Shown here piece after piece: positions 25,992-36,450 of a stretch of 64,000 nucleotides of DNA (position 1 is the stretch's first letter; every line of letters begins with the position of its first letter). A program made the position numbers and the translations under genes. The stretch comes from Nocardioides sp. (lineage in GTDB: Bacteria > Actinomycetota > Actinomycetes > Propionibacteriales > Nocardioidaceae): NCBI GenBank assembly GCA_037045645.1, contig JBAOIH010000011.1, forward strand, positions 90,208 through 154,207. Reading direction: 5' to 3'. Under the pieces are notes generated by a model. That model saw only the letters and a list, made by a program, of their open reading frames with translations, was not told the origin of the DNA and did no database searches.

Positions 25992-27292
25992 TCATGGCGA
26001 CGACCACGGCGTGACGTCGAGGCGTACGTCCATCGTGCCGACCGCCCTGCTAGGCCCCGGCATCAACACCAAACCCTCTGGGTAGAAGAACGTGCGACTC
26101 GTTCCCAGCTCGGTCAGGAACGGCTTCGGCGTGCCGCCCGAAACACTCCGGACGATCCACCCGTCTGCCTGCGCCGGGGTCACCCCTGAGATCGCCGAGA
26201 CCGTGAAAGTCGCCTGGAAACCAGGCATCTCCGAGTCCATCAGCGCGGCCGTCCACTTGCGCCCGCCGAAGGGGATCGTCGTGGTCACGCCTGGCTCCAG
26301 ATCCACACTGCGCGCCGTCGTGACGGAGAGTGCGAAGATGCCTTCTTCCGGCTTGCGCACTCGCGGGGAGCTCGAAGGCGTACGTCCCCGGCTTCTCCAG
26401 GCGCCACAGGAACAGCCCCATGCCGGGCATGTCCAACTTGGGCTGCATGGTCTTGCCCCAGCGCGTACGCAGCACCACGCCCGAACCGCGTCCTTGCAAC
26501 ACGTTACTGGTCTCCAGGTGGACCAACGTGCCCGCCCCGGCGGTGAACTGCACCAACTGCGGTGACGTCGACTCGCTCCTGACTCCCACCTGGTCGAGCG
26601 TCACGTTGTGCACGTCGTAGGTCCACGTCCGCACCGACTCGTCGCCGACCAGCAGATAGCGCGAGCCTGCCTTGAACCGAGGGCACCACTGCAAGGAGTC
26701 GCCCGCCCGCAGCATCCGCGGCCTGCATCTCGTGGGGGAGCTCAGCGGCCTTGGCCCGGGTGCCGCCAAGGCGTAGCACCTGAACAGGACCGTAGTCACT
26801 GATCGAGCGGCCCAACTTGATCGGCGTACGGCCGAGTCTGACCTTCGCCGCGAAGACTCTGGTACGCGTCTGCGACATCACGATCTTGCCGGGCAGCGAT
26901 TGCCTGGTGATGACGAGTTCGCGCAAGGCGTACGCCTGGTCGATGTCGTAGTACGCGCCGCCCGGGCTCACGCCTTCGCAGTCGTGACCGGCACGCAGCG
27001 TGTAGGTGCCCGTCGCGGGGAGTCGCCAAAAGCGCGCACGGTTCATCGGCACCGTCGTGCCGTGTCGAGTGAGCGAAAGTCGCTTCAGGTCGCAGGTGGC
27101 GAGGAAGGAGGAGAGTACGAGTCGTTGTCCTGCTCGGCCCTGGAAACGTACGGTCGCGGGTTCACCCGTGCGCACCGTGAACTTCTGTCCCAGCTCGACT
27201 GTCTGCGGAGGCGGGTCGGCCACCGCGGGTGGCGCAACAGTCGCAAGCGATGCGAGCAGGACCATGCAGATGGCGGCAATCGTGCGTTTCAA
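25992..27292 (-). pseudogene. secreted hypothetical protein split over three reading frames (two frameshifts)
   Basis: A signal peptide (MKRTIAAICMVLLASLATVAPPAVA) lies in the 27292 frame. The sequence continues as ...RMLRAGDSLQWCPRFKAGSRYLLVGDE... from about 26715, then as VRKPEEGIFALSVTT... from about 26368. Confidence 0.5.
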
Positions 27293-27351
27293 CTCAAGGC
27301 TCCTGACGCGACGTGAGCACAGTGTGACGCAGAGTCGTCGAGGCCGGTTCG

Positions 27352-27567
27352 TCAGGTGAGGACGACCAGGATGTCGCCCTCCTGGACGACCTCGCCGGGA
27401 TCCACGCCGATCGACTCCACGGTGCCGCCGTGTTCGGCGATGACGGGGATCTCCATCTTCATCGACTCCAGCAGCATCACCGTCTCGCCGGGGGCGACCA
27501 CGTCGCCGGGCGCGACGGCCACACTGAGGACGTTGGCCACCATCTCGGCCAGGATGCGTTCTGCCAC
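27352..27567 (-). CDS. stand-alone biotinyl/lipoyl carrier domain protein (BCCP-like, 71 aa)
   Basis: Biotinylation motif ESMKME within a typical hammerhead-fold sequence (GDVVAPGETVMLLESMKMEIPV). Confidence 0.8.
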   Translation of the reverse strand: MAERILAEMVANVLSVAVAPGDVVAPGETVMLLESMKMEIPVIAEHGGTVESIGVDPGEVVQEGDILVVLT

Positions 27568-27628
27568 GTCTCCCGACGTTAGGGGTTACCGCCGCGTAGT
27601 CGAAACGCCGGGCTGAAGAGAACCGGAC

Positions 27629-28711
27629 TCACAGAAGAGGGCTGGTGCGCGCGGGCTCGGGGCGTACGGCATCGACACCCGCCGAGCGGCGTGACCGTTT
27701 GCCCGACGACACCCGACCGCCGGTGAGCGCCACGTCGATCGCGATCGTGACCGCGCCGATCACCCCGCCGATCAGCAGGCCCCCGGTCTCGGTGATGAGG
27801 AGTTCGGTCAGGCCCATCCCCGACTCGGCGAGCAGCGGTGCGATCGACGCAGTGCCGGCGACACCGAACGCACACACCCACCATCCCTGCCTGCGACGCG
27901 CGCGCATGTGCGTACCCCAGACGAGAGCGGGGATGCCGAGCAGTGACTGCAGCGGACGCGGCGCGCCGCCGAGATTCTCGCGCGCCCAGTCCCGGCCCGC
28001 GAAGACCTGGTCGACCAGGTCGGAGGTGCCGTAGCGGCGGAAGAGTTCGCCGTACGTGACTAGCACCGCGAGCGCCGCCGAACCCACCAGCACCATCACC
28101 AGGCCGCGTCGTCCCAGGCCGTGCCAGCCCGCGCCGAGGCGCCAGACGAGCACCAACACGAGCGCCAGAGAGAGCCCGAGGGTGACGTAGGTGAACCTGG
28201 TCGGTGAGATCTCGGGTTCGTACCCCACTGCCGCGACAGATCCCGCGACCGCCAGGCATACCGCGATCGCGGCCTCACCGATTGCGCGAGGCGTGGTCAC
28301 CGCGGGCACCGTCGCTACGACGGACAGCACGGCGGCGGCGACCACGGTCATCACCGCGGCTCCGGCACGCAGCGCGTTGGTGTCCACGATCAGCGTCATG
28401 GCGCCCAGCGCGACCGCGAGCGCGCCGAAGATCGCCGGGCGACCACCCGTCCGCGCGGCCAGCGCCCAGGTGTACGCGCCACTGACCACGATCGCGCCGA
28501 TGCCCCCGAGCACGGCCGGGGCATCGCCGAGAGCGGCCGCACCGACGGCCGCGACGCCCGCCAGGACGGCCAGCAGCCACAACAGCAACCCGCGCCCGGT
28601 GCGTTCACCCGGCCGACCCACGACCGGCGACGCCCGCCGCTGCCTGATGTTGCGTGTACGCGGCGCGGCGCGACGGCCGCCACGCGTACTCGAAGGGGTG
28701 GGGTTGGACAT
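27629..28711 (-). CDS. polytopic integral membrane protein of unknown function
   Basis: 360 aa with a basic N-terminus, then about 9 hydrophobic segments. No motif recognised. Confidence 0.5.
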   Translation of the reverse strand: MSNPTPSSTRGGRRAAPRTRNIRQRRASPVVGRPGERTGRGLLLWLLAVLAGVAAVGAAALGDAPAVLGGIGAIVVSGAYTWALAARTGGRPAIFGALAVALGAMTLIVDTNALRAGAAVMTVVAAAVLSVVATVPAVTTPRAIGEAAIAVCLAVAGSVAAVGYEPEISPTRFTYVTLGLSLALVLVLVWRLGAGWHGLGRRGLVMVLVGSAALAVLVTYGELFRRYGTSDLVDQVFAGRDWARENLGGAPRPLQSLLGIPALVWGTHMRARRRQGWWVCAFGVAGTASIAPLLAESGMGLTELLITETGGLLIGGVIGAVTIAIDVALTGGRVSSGKRSRRSAGVDAVRPEPARTSPLL

Positions 28712-28723
28712 AGGGCGTGCAGC

Positions 28724-29494
28724 CTATAACCGGCGGTTCAGCAACGACGGATTCGTACGTCTGGTCTCGTCGAGCAGGTCGCGGCTCAGCGTGGCCGTCA
28801 GCGTTTCGGCATCGGCCCCGGCTTCCACGACCACGTCACCGTTGGGCGCGATCACGCTCGAATGGCCGCAATAGCGCGGCCCGGGCTGGCCGACCGCCAC
28901 GACATAACAGGTGTTCTCGATCGCGCGAGCACGCAACAGCGTGCGCCAGTGGTCGACCTTGCGCTCACCGGCCACCCACGCGGCTGGAAGTACGAGCACC
29001 TCGGCGTCCTGCTCGACCAGGAGTCGGGCGTACTCCGGGAAGCGCAGGTCATAACAGGTCATCAGGCCGACCCGGAAGCCCTGGAGGTCGAAGACCACGG
29101 GGTCGATCTCGGCGCGGCGCAGGCTGTCGGACTCCTTGAAGCCGAAGGAGTCGTACAGGTGCACCTTGCGATAGCGCTCGTCGACGGCGCCCTTGGCAAT
29201 CAAGGTGTTGTACGGCCGGTGCGCGTCATCCGAACGCTCGAACATCCCGGCCACGATCGTGGTCTGCTTCGCGCTCGCCGTCTGGGCCACCGTCGTCGCG
29301 AACTCGCCGGCAGGCGTCTCGGCGTACGGTCCGACATCGCTGCCGGGTTGGCCGAAATCACGCTGGAACACCTCGGGGAAGACGACCAGGTCGACGCCCG
29401 TCGGGGTCAAGGTGGCGAGCGCCTCTCGGTTTTCCCGGGGCTCGAGAGAGGATGCGGCCTGGACGAGCGCCACCTTGAGTTCGGATTCGCTCAC
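28724..29494 (-). CDS. carbon-nitrogen hydrolase (nitrilase superfamily)
   Basis: Glu (VVFPEVF), Lys (YRKVHLYD) and Cys (LMTCYDLRFPE) catalytic triad blocks. Confidence 0.8.
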   Translation of the reverse strand: MSESELKVALVQAASSLEPRENREALATLTPTGVDLVVFPEVFQRDFGQPGSDVGPYAETPAGEFATTVAQTASAKQTTIVAGMFERSDDAHRPYNTLIAKGAVDERYRKVHLYDSFGFKESDSLRRAEIDPVVFDLQGFRVGLMTCYDLRFPEYARLLVEQDAEVLVLPAAWVAGERKVDHWRTLLRARAIENTCYVVAVGQPGPRYCGHSSVIAPNGDVVVEAGADAETLTATLSRDLLDETRRTNPSLLNRRL

Positions 29495-29519
29495 GAGAAC
29501 ACCTTGGGATACTCAGCCC

Positions 29520-30074
29520 ATGCCTGTCGAGCCCGCGCCCGTCGCGATCATCCTCACCGGGGGGACCGGCGCGCGGCTGGGCGGCACCGACAAGGCAGCG
29601 CTGGAGATCGCGGGGAGCACGCTGTTGGAGCGAGCCCTCACGGCGACGGCGTGTTGCTCGTCAGTCGTGGTGGTGGGCGGGCAGACCCCGACGTCGCGAG
29701 TCGTACGTTTCACGCGCGAGTCACCCGTGCTCGGCGGGCCTGCGGCCGGGTTGCTGGCCGGACTTGAGGCAGTCGAGGGATCACCCGAGTGGGTGGTGGT
29801 GCTCGCGGTGGACATGCCGTACGTCACCTCGGGCACTGTGAGCCGCCTGCTCGCCGCGGCTGCCCGCGACGGCGCCTGGTTGATCGGGCCGGATGGCCGG
29901 CGGGCGCTCGCGGGCGTACTCGCTTCCTCGGCGTTGCGCCGGGTCGATCCTGGCCCGGCCGCTCGTCACGGCCTGCCGTTCTTCCGACTGCTGCGTGACC
30001 TGGATCTGGTGGCGGTGCCCGCGTCGTCCGACGAGGTGCACGACGTGGATAACTGGGCCGATGTCCCCCAGTGA
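29520..30074 (+). CDS. MobA-like nucleotidyltransferase (molybdenum cofactor guanylyltransferase-like)
   Basis: LTGGTGARLGGTDKAALE signature. The start is placed at the internal ATG 29520. Confidence 0.7.
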   Translation: MPVEPAPVAIILTGGTGARLGGTDKAALEIAGSTLLERALTATACCSSVVVVGGQTPTSRVVRFTRESPVLGGPAAGLLAGLEAVEGSPEWVVVLAVDMPYVTSGTVSRLLAAAARDGAWLIGPDGRRALAGVLASSALRRVDPGPAARHGLPFFRLLRDLDLVAVPASSDEVHDVDNWADVPQ

Positions 30075-30122
30075 CCCGGCTGGGCGCCCCACAACACGCG
30101 GGTCGACGTTAGGTTTGGAGTC

Positions 30123-30449
30123 GTGAATCTCCATGACTGGATCGATGAGCTGATGGACGCCCTCGACATCGAAACGGAGGTCGACGAGGCGTTGGTCCTC
30201 GACCTCGCGCGCGATGCCGCGCATCAGGTCGAGCGCAAGGCCGCGCCGATCACCACGTTCCTCCTCGGGTTCGCCGCCGGACAGCAGGACGCCGACGAGG
30301 TGCAGACCGAGGCCCTGGCTGCCAAGGCCAGCGCGCTCGCGGCGCAATGGGACCGTCCGGCGGACGCCGCCGACCCCGATGACGTCACCGACGAGGTGCC
30401 GGACGACCGAGGGGTCGACCATTCGGGCGACAAGTTCGAGGACGACTGA
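30123..30449 (+). CDS. small acidic protein commonly found beside mobA in actinobacteria (DUF6457-like)
   Basis: 108 aa, GTG start, MNLHDWIDELMDALDIE... The call rests on context and composition only. Confidence 0.45.
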   Translation: MNLHDWIDELMDALDIETEVDEALVLDLARDAAHQVERKAAPITTFLLGFAAGQQDADEVQTEALAAKASALAAQWDRPADAADPDDVTDEVPDDRGVDHSGDKFEDD

Positions 30450-30453
30450 GCCC

Positions 30454-31437
30454 GTGCGCGCCGTCTTCGCCCGCGAGCCGGGTGGTCCCGAGGTCCTGGA
30501 GCTTCGCGAGGTCGACGATCTCGAGCCCGGACCGGGCGAGGTGCTGCTCGACGTCGTGGCGACTGCCGTCAACCGAGCCGACCTGCTGCAACGCCAAGGC
30601 TTCTATCCACCGCCGCCAGGGGTCTCGGACGTGCTGGGCCTGGAGTGCAGCGGCCGGGTGGCCGCAGTCGGAGAAGACGTGTCGGAGTGGTCGGTGGGCG
30701 ACGATGCCTGCGCCCTCCTGGCGGGCGGTGGCTATGCGACCCAGGTCGTCGTCCCCGCGGGCCAACTCCTTGCGATTCCCGACGGCGTCGACCTGATCAC
30801 GGCCGCGTCCCTGCCCGAGGTCGCCGCGACGGTCTGGTCCAACGTCTTCATGATCGCCAACCTGCAGCCCGGCGACGACTTCCTCGTCCATGGCGGCGCA
30901 GGCGGGATCGGGACGTTCGCGATCCAACTCGCCAAGGCGTACGGCGCCAGGGTGCTCACCACCGCAGGTTCACCCGAAAAGCTCGCGTTGTGCCGCGAAC
31001 TCGGAGCGGACATGGCACTCAACTACCGGGAGCAGGACTTCGTCGAGGAGGTGTCCCGCGTCACCGACGGCCGAGGCGTCGACGTCATCCTCGACAACAT
31101 GGGCGCGAAATATCTCCCGCGCAACGTCGAGTCGCTGGCCACCTCCGGACGGTTGGTCATCATCGGCATGCAGGGCGGCATCAAGGGCGAACTCGACATC
31201 TCGGCGCTGCTCAAGCGACGCGCGGCCGTGATCGCGACTTCGCTGCGGGCGCGCCCGACGGAGGAGAAGTCGGCGATCTGTGCGGCCGTACGAGAGCACG
31301 TCTGGCCGTTGGTCGAGCAGGGCCGGATCCGTACCCAGGTCAGCGCGACCTACGACCTCGCGGACGCCGCCGAGGCGCACCGTCGGCTCGAGGGTGGCGA
31401 GAACACCGGGAAGATCGTGCTCACGACCAGCGCCTAG
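30454..31437 (+). CDS. NAD(P)H:quinone oxidoreductase (zeta-crystallin / MDR family)
   Basis: VNRADLLQRQGFYPPPPG, GGAGGIGTFAIQLAK. GTG start at 30454. Confidence 0.8.
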   Translation: MRAVFAREPGGPEVLELREVDDLEPGPGEVLLDVVATAVNRADLLQRQGFYPPPPGVSDVLGLECSGRVAAVGEDVSEWSVGDDACALLAGGGYATQVVVPAGQLLAIPDGVDLITAASLPEVAATVWSNVFMIANLQPGDDFLVHGGAGGIGTFAIQLAKAYGARVLTTAGSPEKLALCRELGADMALNYREQDFVEEVSRVTDGRGVDVILDNMGAKYLPRNVESLATSGRLVIIGMQGGIKGELDISALLKRRAAVIATSLRARPTEEKSAICAAVREHVWPLVEQGRIRTQVSATYDLADAAEAHRRLEGGENTGKIVLTTSA

Positions 31438-31447
31438 TGTTGGGCGC

Positions 31448-32077
31448 ATGACTGAGCAGCCGACCGAGGGCACCGGACAGGCGCCCGCCGAGGAGACCGT
31501 CACCATCATCGGCCCCGATGGGCAGCCGATCGCACAAGTGCCGGCCAGCGCCCTGCAGATCCAGGAGGCTTCGGACGACGACCGCGGTGACGACGGTGAC
31601 GATGACTCCGCCCACATCACGCAGTTGGTCGAGCAGCCCGCCAAGGTGATGCGGATCGGCTCGATGATCCGCCAGTTGCTCGAAGAGGTGAAGTCGGCGC
31701 CGCTCGACGAGGCCAGTCGCGCTCGCCTCAAGGAAATCCACGCGGCGTCGATCAAGGAACTCGAATCGGGGCTGGCTCCCGAGCTGATCGATGAGCTGGA
31801 GCGACTCTCACTGCCCTTCACCGAGGACGGCGTGCCGAGCGAGTCAGAGCTGCGCATCGCCCAGGCGCAACTCGTCGGCTGGCTGGAGGGTCTCTTCCAC
31901 GGCATCCAGACCGCGATCTACGCCCAACAGGTCGCCGCGCGTGCGCAGTTGGAGCAGATGCGCCGCTCACTGCCGATGGGCATGGGCGGCCCGCAACAAG
32001 GCGGCGAGCAGCCGGCCGCGCCCGGCCCGATGCCTCCGGTGAACCCGGGTGGCGAGGGCGGAGGGATGTACCTCTAA
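31448..32077 (+). CDS. bpa: bacterial proteasome activator (Bpa/PafE family)
   Basis: A disordered acidic N-terminus, a helical core (VMRIGSMIRQLLEEV...ELRIAQAQLVGWLEGLFHGIQ) and a C-terminal ...GGGMYL with the penultimate Tyr characteristic of the Bpa GQYL-type tail. Confidence 0.75.
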   Translation: MTEQPTEGTGQAPAEETVTIIGPDGQPIAQVPASALQIQEASDDDRGDDGDDDSAHITQLVEQPAKVMRIGSMIRQLLEEVKSAPLDEASRARLKEIHAASIKELESGLAPELIDELERLSLPFTEDGVPSESELRIAQAQLVGWLEGLFHGIQTAIYAQQVAARAQLEQMRRSLPMGMGGPQQGGEQPAAPGPMPPVNPGGEGGGMYL

Positions 32078-32685
32078 CGGCGTTTGGCGAACCCGATACC
32101 GACCAGGCCCAGCAAGCCGAGCAGTACGAGAGCCGCGCCGGGTGCCGTGAGACGCGAGACCGCGCGCGGGGCGACGGTCTCGACCTTGGTCAGTTCGGCG
32201 GTCGGCGCCGTCCCGCTCCCGTTGCGCGACGTACCAGGCCCTAACTCGCCCTCGATGTCATTGACCAGGTCGGTGCCGGACGGCGCGGTGCCGCGGCTCA
32301 GGTCCGACTCGAAGAGCGAACCCTTGGCACGAGCCAGGAAGACCATGTCGTCGCCTGCCTCCAGCCGGCCGAGGCTGCAACCGGACACGTTCGGGGTCGG
32401 GGACTGCACCCGCGCGGTGTCGGGCAGCACCGAGTCACGCTTCCACACGTGGTCGACGTGTACGAGATACACAAAGCGGCGCTTCTCGCGCGTGGTCGAC
32501 TGCACCTTGCCCCGGAACACGACGTCGGCCCAGGCGACCGAGTCCTTGACGTCGGCAGAGACCAGGCACCCGTTGGGGCGCACCGAGGCTCCAGCCGTGC
32601 CGGCCACCAACCCAGTGGTGGGCAGCACCAGCGCTGCGCCCAGCGAGAGGGCCGCAGCGCGCGCGGCGAAGGTCCGTCGAAACAC
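32074..32685 (-). CDS. secreted, C-terminally membrane-anchored protein (paralog of 32695-33279)
   Basis: A signal peptide and a C-terminal TM plus basic tail (ALVLLGLLGLVGIGFAKRR). It shares the ADVVFRGKV / ADAVFVGTV block with its neighbour. Confidence 0.5.
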   Translation of the reverse strand: MFRRTFAARAAALSLGAALVLPTTGLVAGTAGASVRPNGCLVSADVKDSVAWADVVFRGKVQSTTREKRRFVYLVHVDHVWKRDSVLPDTARVQSPTPNVSGCSLGRLEAGDDMVFLARAKGSLFESDLSRGTAPSGTDLVNDIEGELGPGTSRNGSGTAPTAELTKVETVAPRAVSRLTAPGAALVLLGLLGLVGIGFAKRR

Positions 32686-32694
32686 CCCGGAAGC

Positions 32695-33279
32695 CTAGAC
32701 GGTCGGCGGCTGCTGCCGGCGCGCGCGCCGAGCCCGATAACGGTGACCGACGACGAAGACCACCAGGCCACCTGTGAGCACCAGGGCATAGATCAGGCTG
32801 GCCCAGCGCTTCCAGGTGGGAAGTTGGAGTGAGAGGTGGTCCGTGCCCTTCACCTTCCCGGCCAGGCTCGGGGGCTCCGGCCCGATCGCGGCCGCAACCT
32901 GCTCGACGGTGACGGGGGCGAAACTCTGGGCGTCCAGGCACAGGTTGGTGTCGAGCCGCTGACCGCGGATCTCGGTGAACCAGATCCGCTCGGTGGACTG
33001 CTCCACCCTCGGCAGCCCGCACATGGCATCGGACCCCTGGCTGGTCACGATCACCCTCTTGGGCAATTGCTGACCGAAGTCCTCCCCCACCTCGACCAGA
33101 TAGCGCACCCGATCGTCGGCCTCGCGGGTGTCACTGACGGTGCCGACGAAGACCGCGTCGGCCAGGCGTACACGCTCCTTGACAGTGGTGACCTCGGCAC
33201 ATGAGCAGGCGTACGACACACCGGGCGTCCAGAGCACCAGCGTGCCGGCGAACAGCAGCAGGGCGAGCAGTCGGCGCAT
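32695..33279 (-). CDS. secreted, C-terminally anchored protein whose predicted mature N-terminus is Cys-Ser-Cys (TIMP/NTR-like?)
   Basis: MRRLLALLLFAGTLVLWTPGVSYA|CSCAEV..., a C-terminal TM plus an Arg-rich tail, GAGGAGGAAAG before the ATG 33279. Confidence 0.5.
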   Translation of the reverse strand: MRRLLALLLFAGTLVLWTPGVSYACSCAEVTTVKERVRLADAVFVGTVSDTREADDRVRYLVEVGEDFGQQLPKRVIVTSQGSDAMCGLPRVEQSTERIWFTEIRGQRLDTNLCLDAQSFAPVTVEQVAAAIGPEPPSLAGKVKGTDHLSLQLPTWKRWASLIYALVLTGGLVVFVVGHRYRARRARRQQPPTV

Positions 33280-33290
33280 CGCTTTCCTCC

Positions 33291-34115
33291 TCAGAGGCCG
33301 AAGATCTCGCCCAGTGTGACGGCCACCCCGTCCTCGGCGTTCCCGGGCACCACGTGATCGGCGGTCTCCAGCACGCTCGCGTGCGCGTTCGCGACGGCGT
33401 ACGACGTGCCGGCCCATCCCAGCATCGGCAGGTCGTTAGGCATGTCACCGAACGCGACCACCTCCTCCGGCGCGACACCGAGTTCGGTGGCCAGGCGAGC
33501 CAGACTCGTGGCCTTGGTGACCCCGAGCCCACTCATCTCCACCAACGCGTACGACGAGGACCAGGTCGTCGTCACCACGTCACCGACGAGCCGCTCCACC
33601 TCGGCCCAGAACTCCTCGGGCTCGCGCTCACGATGTACCGCCAGCAGTTTGGCGACGTCGTCACGGTAGATCTCCTCGAACCGGCCGCGGTGCTTGCCCG
33701 TGCGATCGTCAGGGTGACCGGGGAAGTCGACCTCGCTGGCCCAGCCTTCGCTGTGCTCGATCGCGAAAGTGACGCCCGGGATGCGCTCGCGCAGCACTCG
33801 CGCGACCCGCAGCGCGTTGTCGCGAGGCAGCGGGTGGATGTCACGGACCCGGTCGGCTTCGACGTCGTACACGATCGCGCCGTTGCTGCACACCGCAAGC
33901 CCGTGACCCCCCACGGCTGCCCACAGCGACGTCATCCACCGCAGCGGTCGCCCGGTGGTGAACACGACCGGGATGCCGCGCGCGTCGAGTGCGTCGAGCA
34001 CCTGGCGTGCCCGCTCACTGAGCCGACCCTCCGGATCCAGCAACGTGCCGTCCAGGTCGGTCGCGACGAGGCGGGGCAGGACACGGTCAGGGGCACGGTC
34101 AGGGGCACGGTTCAC
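33291..34115 (-). CDS. Cof-type HAD-IIB phosphatase
   Basis: DLDGTLL, TGRP and GDMPND motifs. GTG 34115 overlaps the upstream stop (GTGA). Confidence 0.75.
   Translation of the reverse strand: MNRAPDRAPDRVLPRLVATDLDGTLLDPEGRLSERARQVLDALDARGIPVVFTTGRPLRWMTSLWAAVGGHGLAVCSNGAIVYDVEADRVRDIHPLPRDNALRVARVLRERIPGVTFAIEHSEGWASEVDFPGHPDDRTGKHRGRFEEIYRDDVAKLLAVHREREPEEFWAEVERLVGDVVTTTWSSSYALVEMSGLGVTKATSLARLATELGVAPEEVVAFGDMPNDLPMLGWAGTSYAVANAHASVLETADHVVPGNAEDGVAVTLGEIFGL
34082..34115. repeat. 12-nt tandem repeat CACGGTCAGGGG x2.8 at the 5' end of the HAD gene
   Basis: Read directly from the sequence. It encodes the N-terminal [11 protein letters not shown]. Confidence 0.8.
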
Positions 34116-35074
34116 TTCGGCGGGAACCACCGTTCGAGTTCCTGCGCCGCACCGTCCTCGTGGACGGTGCCGGTCACATCGTCGGCCGCCTCCACCACGA
34201 CCTGGATGGCCTGGCCCATCGCGACACCGCGACCGGCCCACTGCAACATCTCGATGTCGTTGCGGCCGTCGCCGATGGCCAGGCAGTCCGCCGCAGTCAT
34301 GCCGAGTTCGTCGCACACGTGCTGCAGACCGGACGCCTTCGACACCCCGACCGGTGCCAGGTCGAGCCAGGCGGTCCAACCGACGATGTAGTCGGTGCCG
34401 TGCAGACCCAGGCGACCCGCAAGGTCGACGAAGTCGTCCGCCGTCGCGTTCGGGTCACGGATGATGACGCGACTTACGGGGCGCCCTACCAGTTGCTTGA
34501 GGGAGGTGATGATCTGCGTGCCGGACAGTTCACCGTGCGGGAAGGGTTTGGAGACCCGATAGCCCTGCCCGCGCTCCTCGATGGCGACCAGGGCGGTGGG
34601 GTGCTCGCGCAGCACGGCCTCGACGGCGGGAGCCGGGTCGAAGATCTCCTCGTGCACCACCTCGACGGGCGGGTAACGGAACACGACGGCCCCGTTGGAG
34701 GCCACGATCCACAGCCGCCCGTCGCCTTCACGCTGGGCTCCCACCTGATCCAGATGCAGGTCCAGCAGGTCGGCGATCACGGTCATCCCGTGCGGTGACC
34801 GACCACTGGCAAGCACCACGTGGGCACCCGCGGCGACGGCACGTGCGATTGCCTCGTAGAGCCGGGGCGCGATGACTTCGTACGTCTGCCCCGCCCCCTC
34901 GACCCACGCCAGCAGGGTGCCGTCGATGTCGAGTGCGATGACTTTGGGAAATTGGTTTCGAGCCCTTCGAGACGCCGACTTCGTCGCCTCCTCAGGAACC
35001 AACGGCCGCTGCGCGGCCTCCTCAACCACCGGGATCTCAGGCCCTGAAGGATCGGACACCGACGGATCAGGCAC
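34112..35074 (-). CDS. Cof-type HAD-IIB phosphatase (second paralog)
   Basis: DIDGTLL, SGRS and GDGRND motifs. Confidence 0.75.
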   Translation of the reverse strand: MPDPSVSDPSGPEIPVVEEAAQRPLVPEEATKSASRRARNQFPKVIALDIDGTLLAWVEGAGQTYEVIAPRLYEAIARAVAAGAHVVLASGRSPHGMTVIADLLDLHLDQVGAQREGDGRLWIVASNGAVVFRYPPVEVVHEEIFDPAPAVEAVLREHPTALVAIEERGQGYRVSKPFPHGELSGTQIITSLKQLVGRPVSRVIIRDPNATADDFVDLAGRLGLHGTDYIVGWTAWLDLAPVGVSKASGLQHVCDELGMTAADCLAIGDGRNDIEMLQWAGRGVAMGQAIQVVVEAADDVTGTVHEDGAAQELERWFPPK

Positions 35075-36347
35075 GGTTCACCGGCTTGAGCACCTCGATG
35101 TCGCCGAAGTACGGCCGCAGCGCCTTGGGCAGCGTGACCGAGCCGTCGGCGTTCTGGTGGGTCTCCAGGATCGCGACGATCGCGCGCGTGATCGCGGTCA
35201 GGGTGCCGTTGAGCGTGGCCGCGTGGGTGTTGCCCGTCTCACCGGCGACTCGGATGTCGAGTCGACGCGACTGGAAGTCGGTGCAGTTGGACGTCGAGGT
35301 GAGCTCACGGTATTTGCCCTGCGTGGGGATCCAGGCCTCGCAGTCGAACTTGCGCTGCGCGCTCAGGCCGAGGTCTCCCGCCGCCACGTCGATGACCCGA
35401 TAGGCCAACTCGAGCTTGTCGAGGAACTCCTTCTCCCAGGCGAGCAGCCGCTCGTGCTCGGCGTACGACTCCTCGATGGTGGTGTAGACGAACATCTCGA
35501 CCTTGTCGAACCAGTGCACCCGGATGATGCCCTTGGTGTCCTTGCCGTGCGAGCCGGCCTCCTTGCGAAAACACGGACTGAACGACGCGTAGCGCAACGG
35601 CAGGCTGCTCGGATCGAGGATCTCGTCGCAGTGGTAGGCCGCCATCGGCACCTCCGAGGTGCCCACCAGATAGAGGTCCTCGCCTTCGATCCGGTAGACG
35701 TCGTCGGCCGCCTGGCCGAGGAAACCGGTGCCCTCCATAGCCCGCGGCTTCACCAGGGACGGCGCGATTACCTGGGTGAATCCGGCAGCGCGGGCCTGCT
35801 CCATCGCCAGATTGATCAGCGCGAACTCCAGTTGCGCCCCGACACCGGTCAGGAAGTAGAAACGGCTGCCCGACACCTTCGCACCGCGTTCGAGGTCGAT
35901 CGCGCCGAGCAGCTTGCCCAACTCGATGTGGTCGCGCGGCTCGAACCCCTCGGCGGCGAAGTCGCGAGGAGTGCCGACATGCTCCAAGACGACGAAGTCG
36001 TCCTCGCCGCCAGCGGGTGCTTCGTCGGCGGCCGGGTTGGGGATCGCACGGACGGCGTCGTTCCACTCGGCCTCTGCCGCGTCCTGGGCGGCCTCGGCAG
36101 CCTTGACGTCCGCGGCCAGGGTCTTCACCTGGTCGAGCAGCGCCTGCTTCTCGTCACCTTGGGCCTGCGCGACGGCCTTGCCGATCTGCTTCTGCTCAGC
36201 CCGCAGGGTTTCGTACGCCGAGATCGCGGCCCGACGTGCCGCGTCGGCCGAGAGGGCTCGGTCCACGACGTCGGTGGGGAGCCCGCGCTTGGCCTGAGCG
36301 GCGCGGACACGGTCGTGGTCTTCTCTGAGCACCTTCGGGTCGATCAT
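35067..36347 (-). CDS. serS: seryl-tRNA synthetase
   Basis: [10 protein letters not shown] start, an N-terminal coiled coil, class II motifs ([32 protein letters not shown]). The start is placed at ATG 36347. Confidence 0.9.
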   Translation of the reverse strand: MIDPKVLREDHDRVRAAQAKRGLPTDVVDRALSADAARRAAISAYETLRAEQKQIGKAVAQAQGDEKQALLDQVKTLAADVKAAEAAQDAAEAEWNDAVRAIPNPAADEAPAGGEDDFVVLEHVGTPRDFAAEGFEPRDHIELGKLLGAIDLERGAKVSGSRFYFLTGVGAQLEFALINLAMEQARAAGFTQVIAPSLVKPRAMEGTGFLGQAADDVYRIEGEDLYLVGTSEVPMAAYHCDEILDPSSLPLRYASFSPCFRKEAGSHGKDTKGIIRVHWFDKVEMFVYTTIEESYAEHERLLAWEKEFLDKLELAYRVIDVAAGDLGLSAQRKFDCEAWIPTQGKYRELTSTSNCTDFQSRRLDIRVAGETGNTHAATLNGTLTAITRAIVAILETHQNADGSVTLPKALRPYFGDIEVLKPVNRA

Positions 36348-36450
36348 GAGGTCAAGGCTAATCGGCGCCCCGATGACGAAGCCACGCATATCCGCGCCCG
36401 CGAGGCCCGGGATCAGGGTCGTACGACCACTCGGCGGCATACTTGCCCGC

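Noticed and set aside
31448-32077. The Bpa-like gene as a novelty because its tail is GMYL rather than GQYL
   Set aside because: The penultimate Tyr and the C-terminal Leu, which are the functionally important positions as far as I recall, are retained. This is an ordinary ortholog in a conserved neighbourhood.
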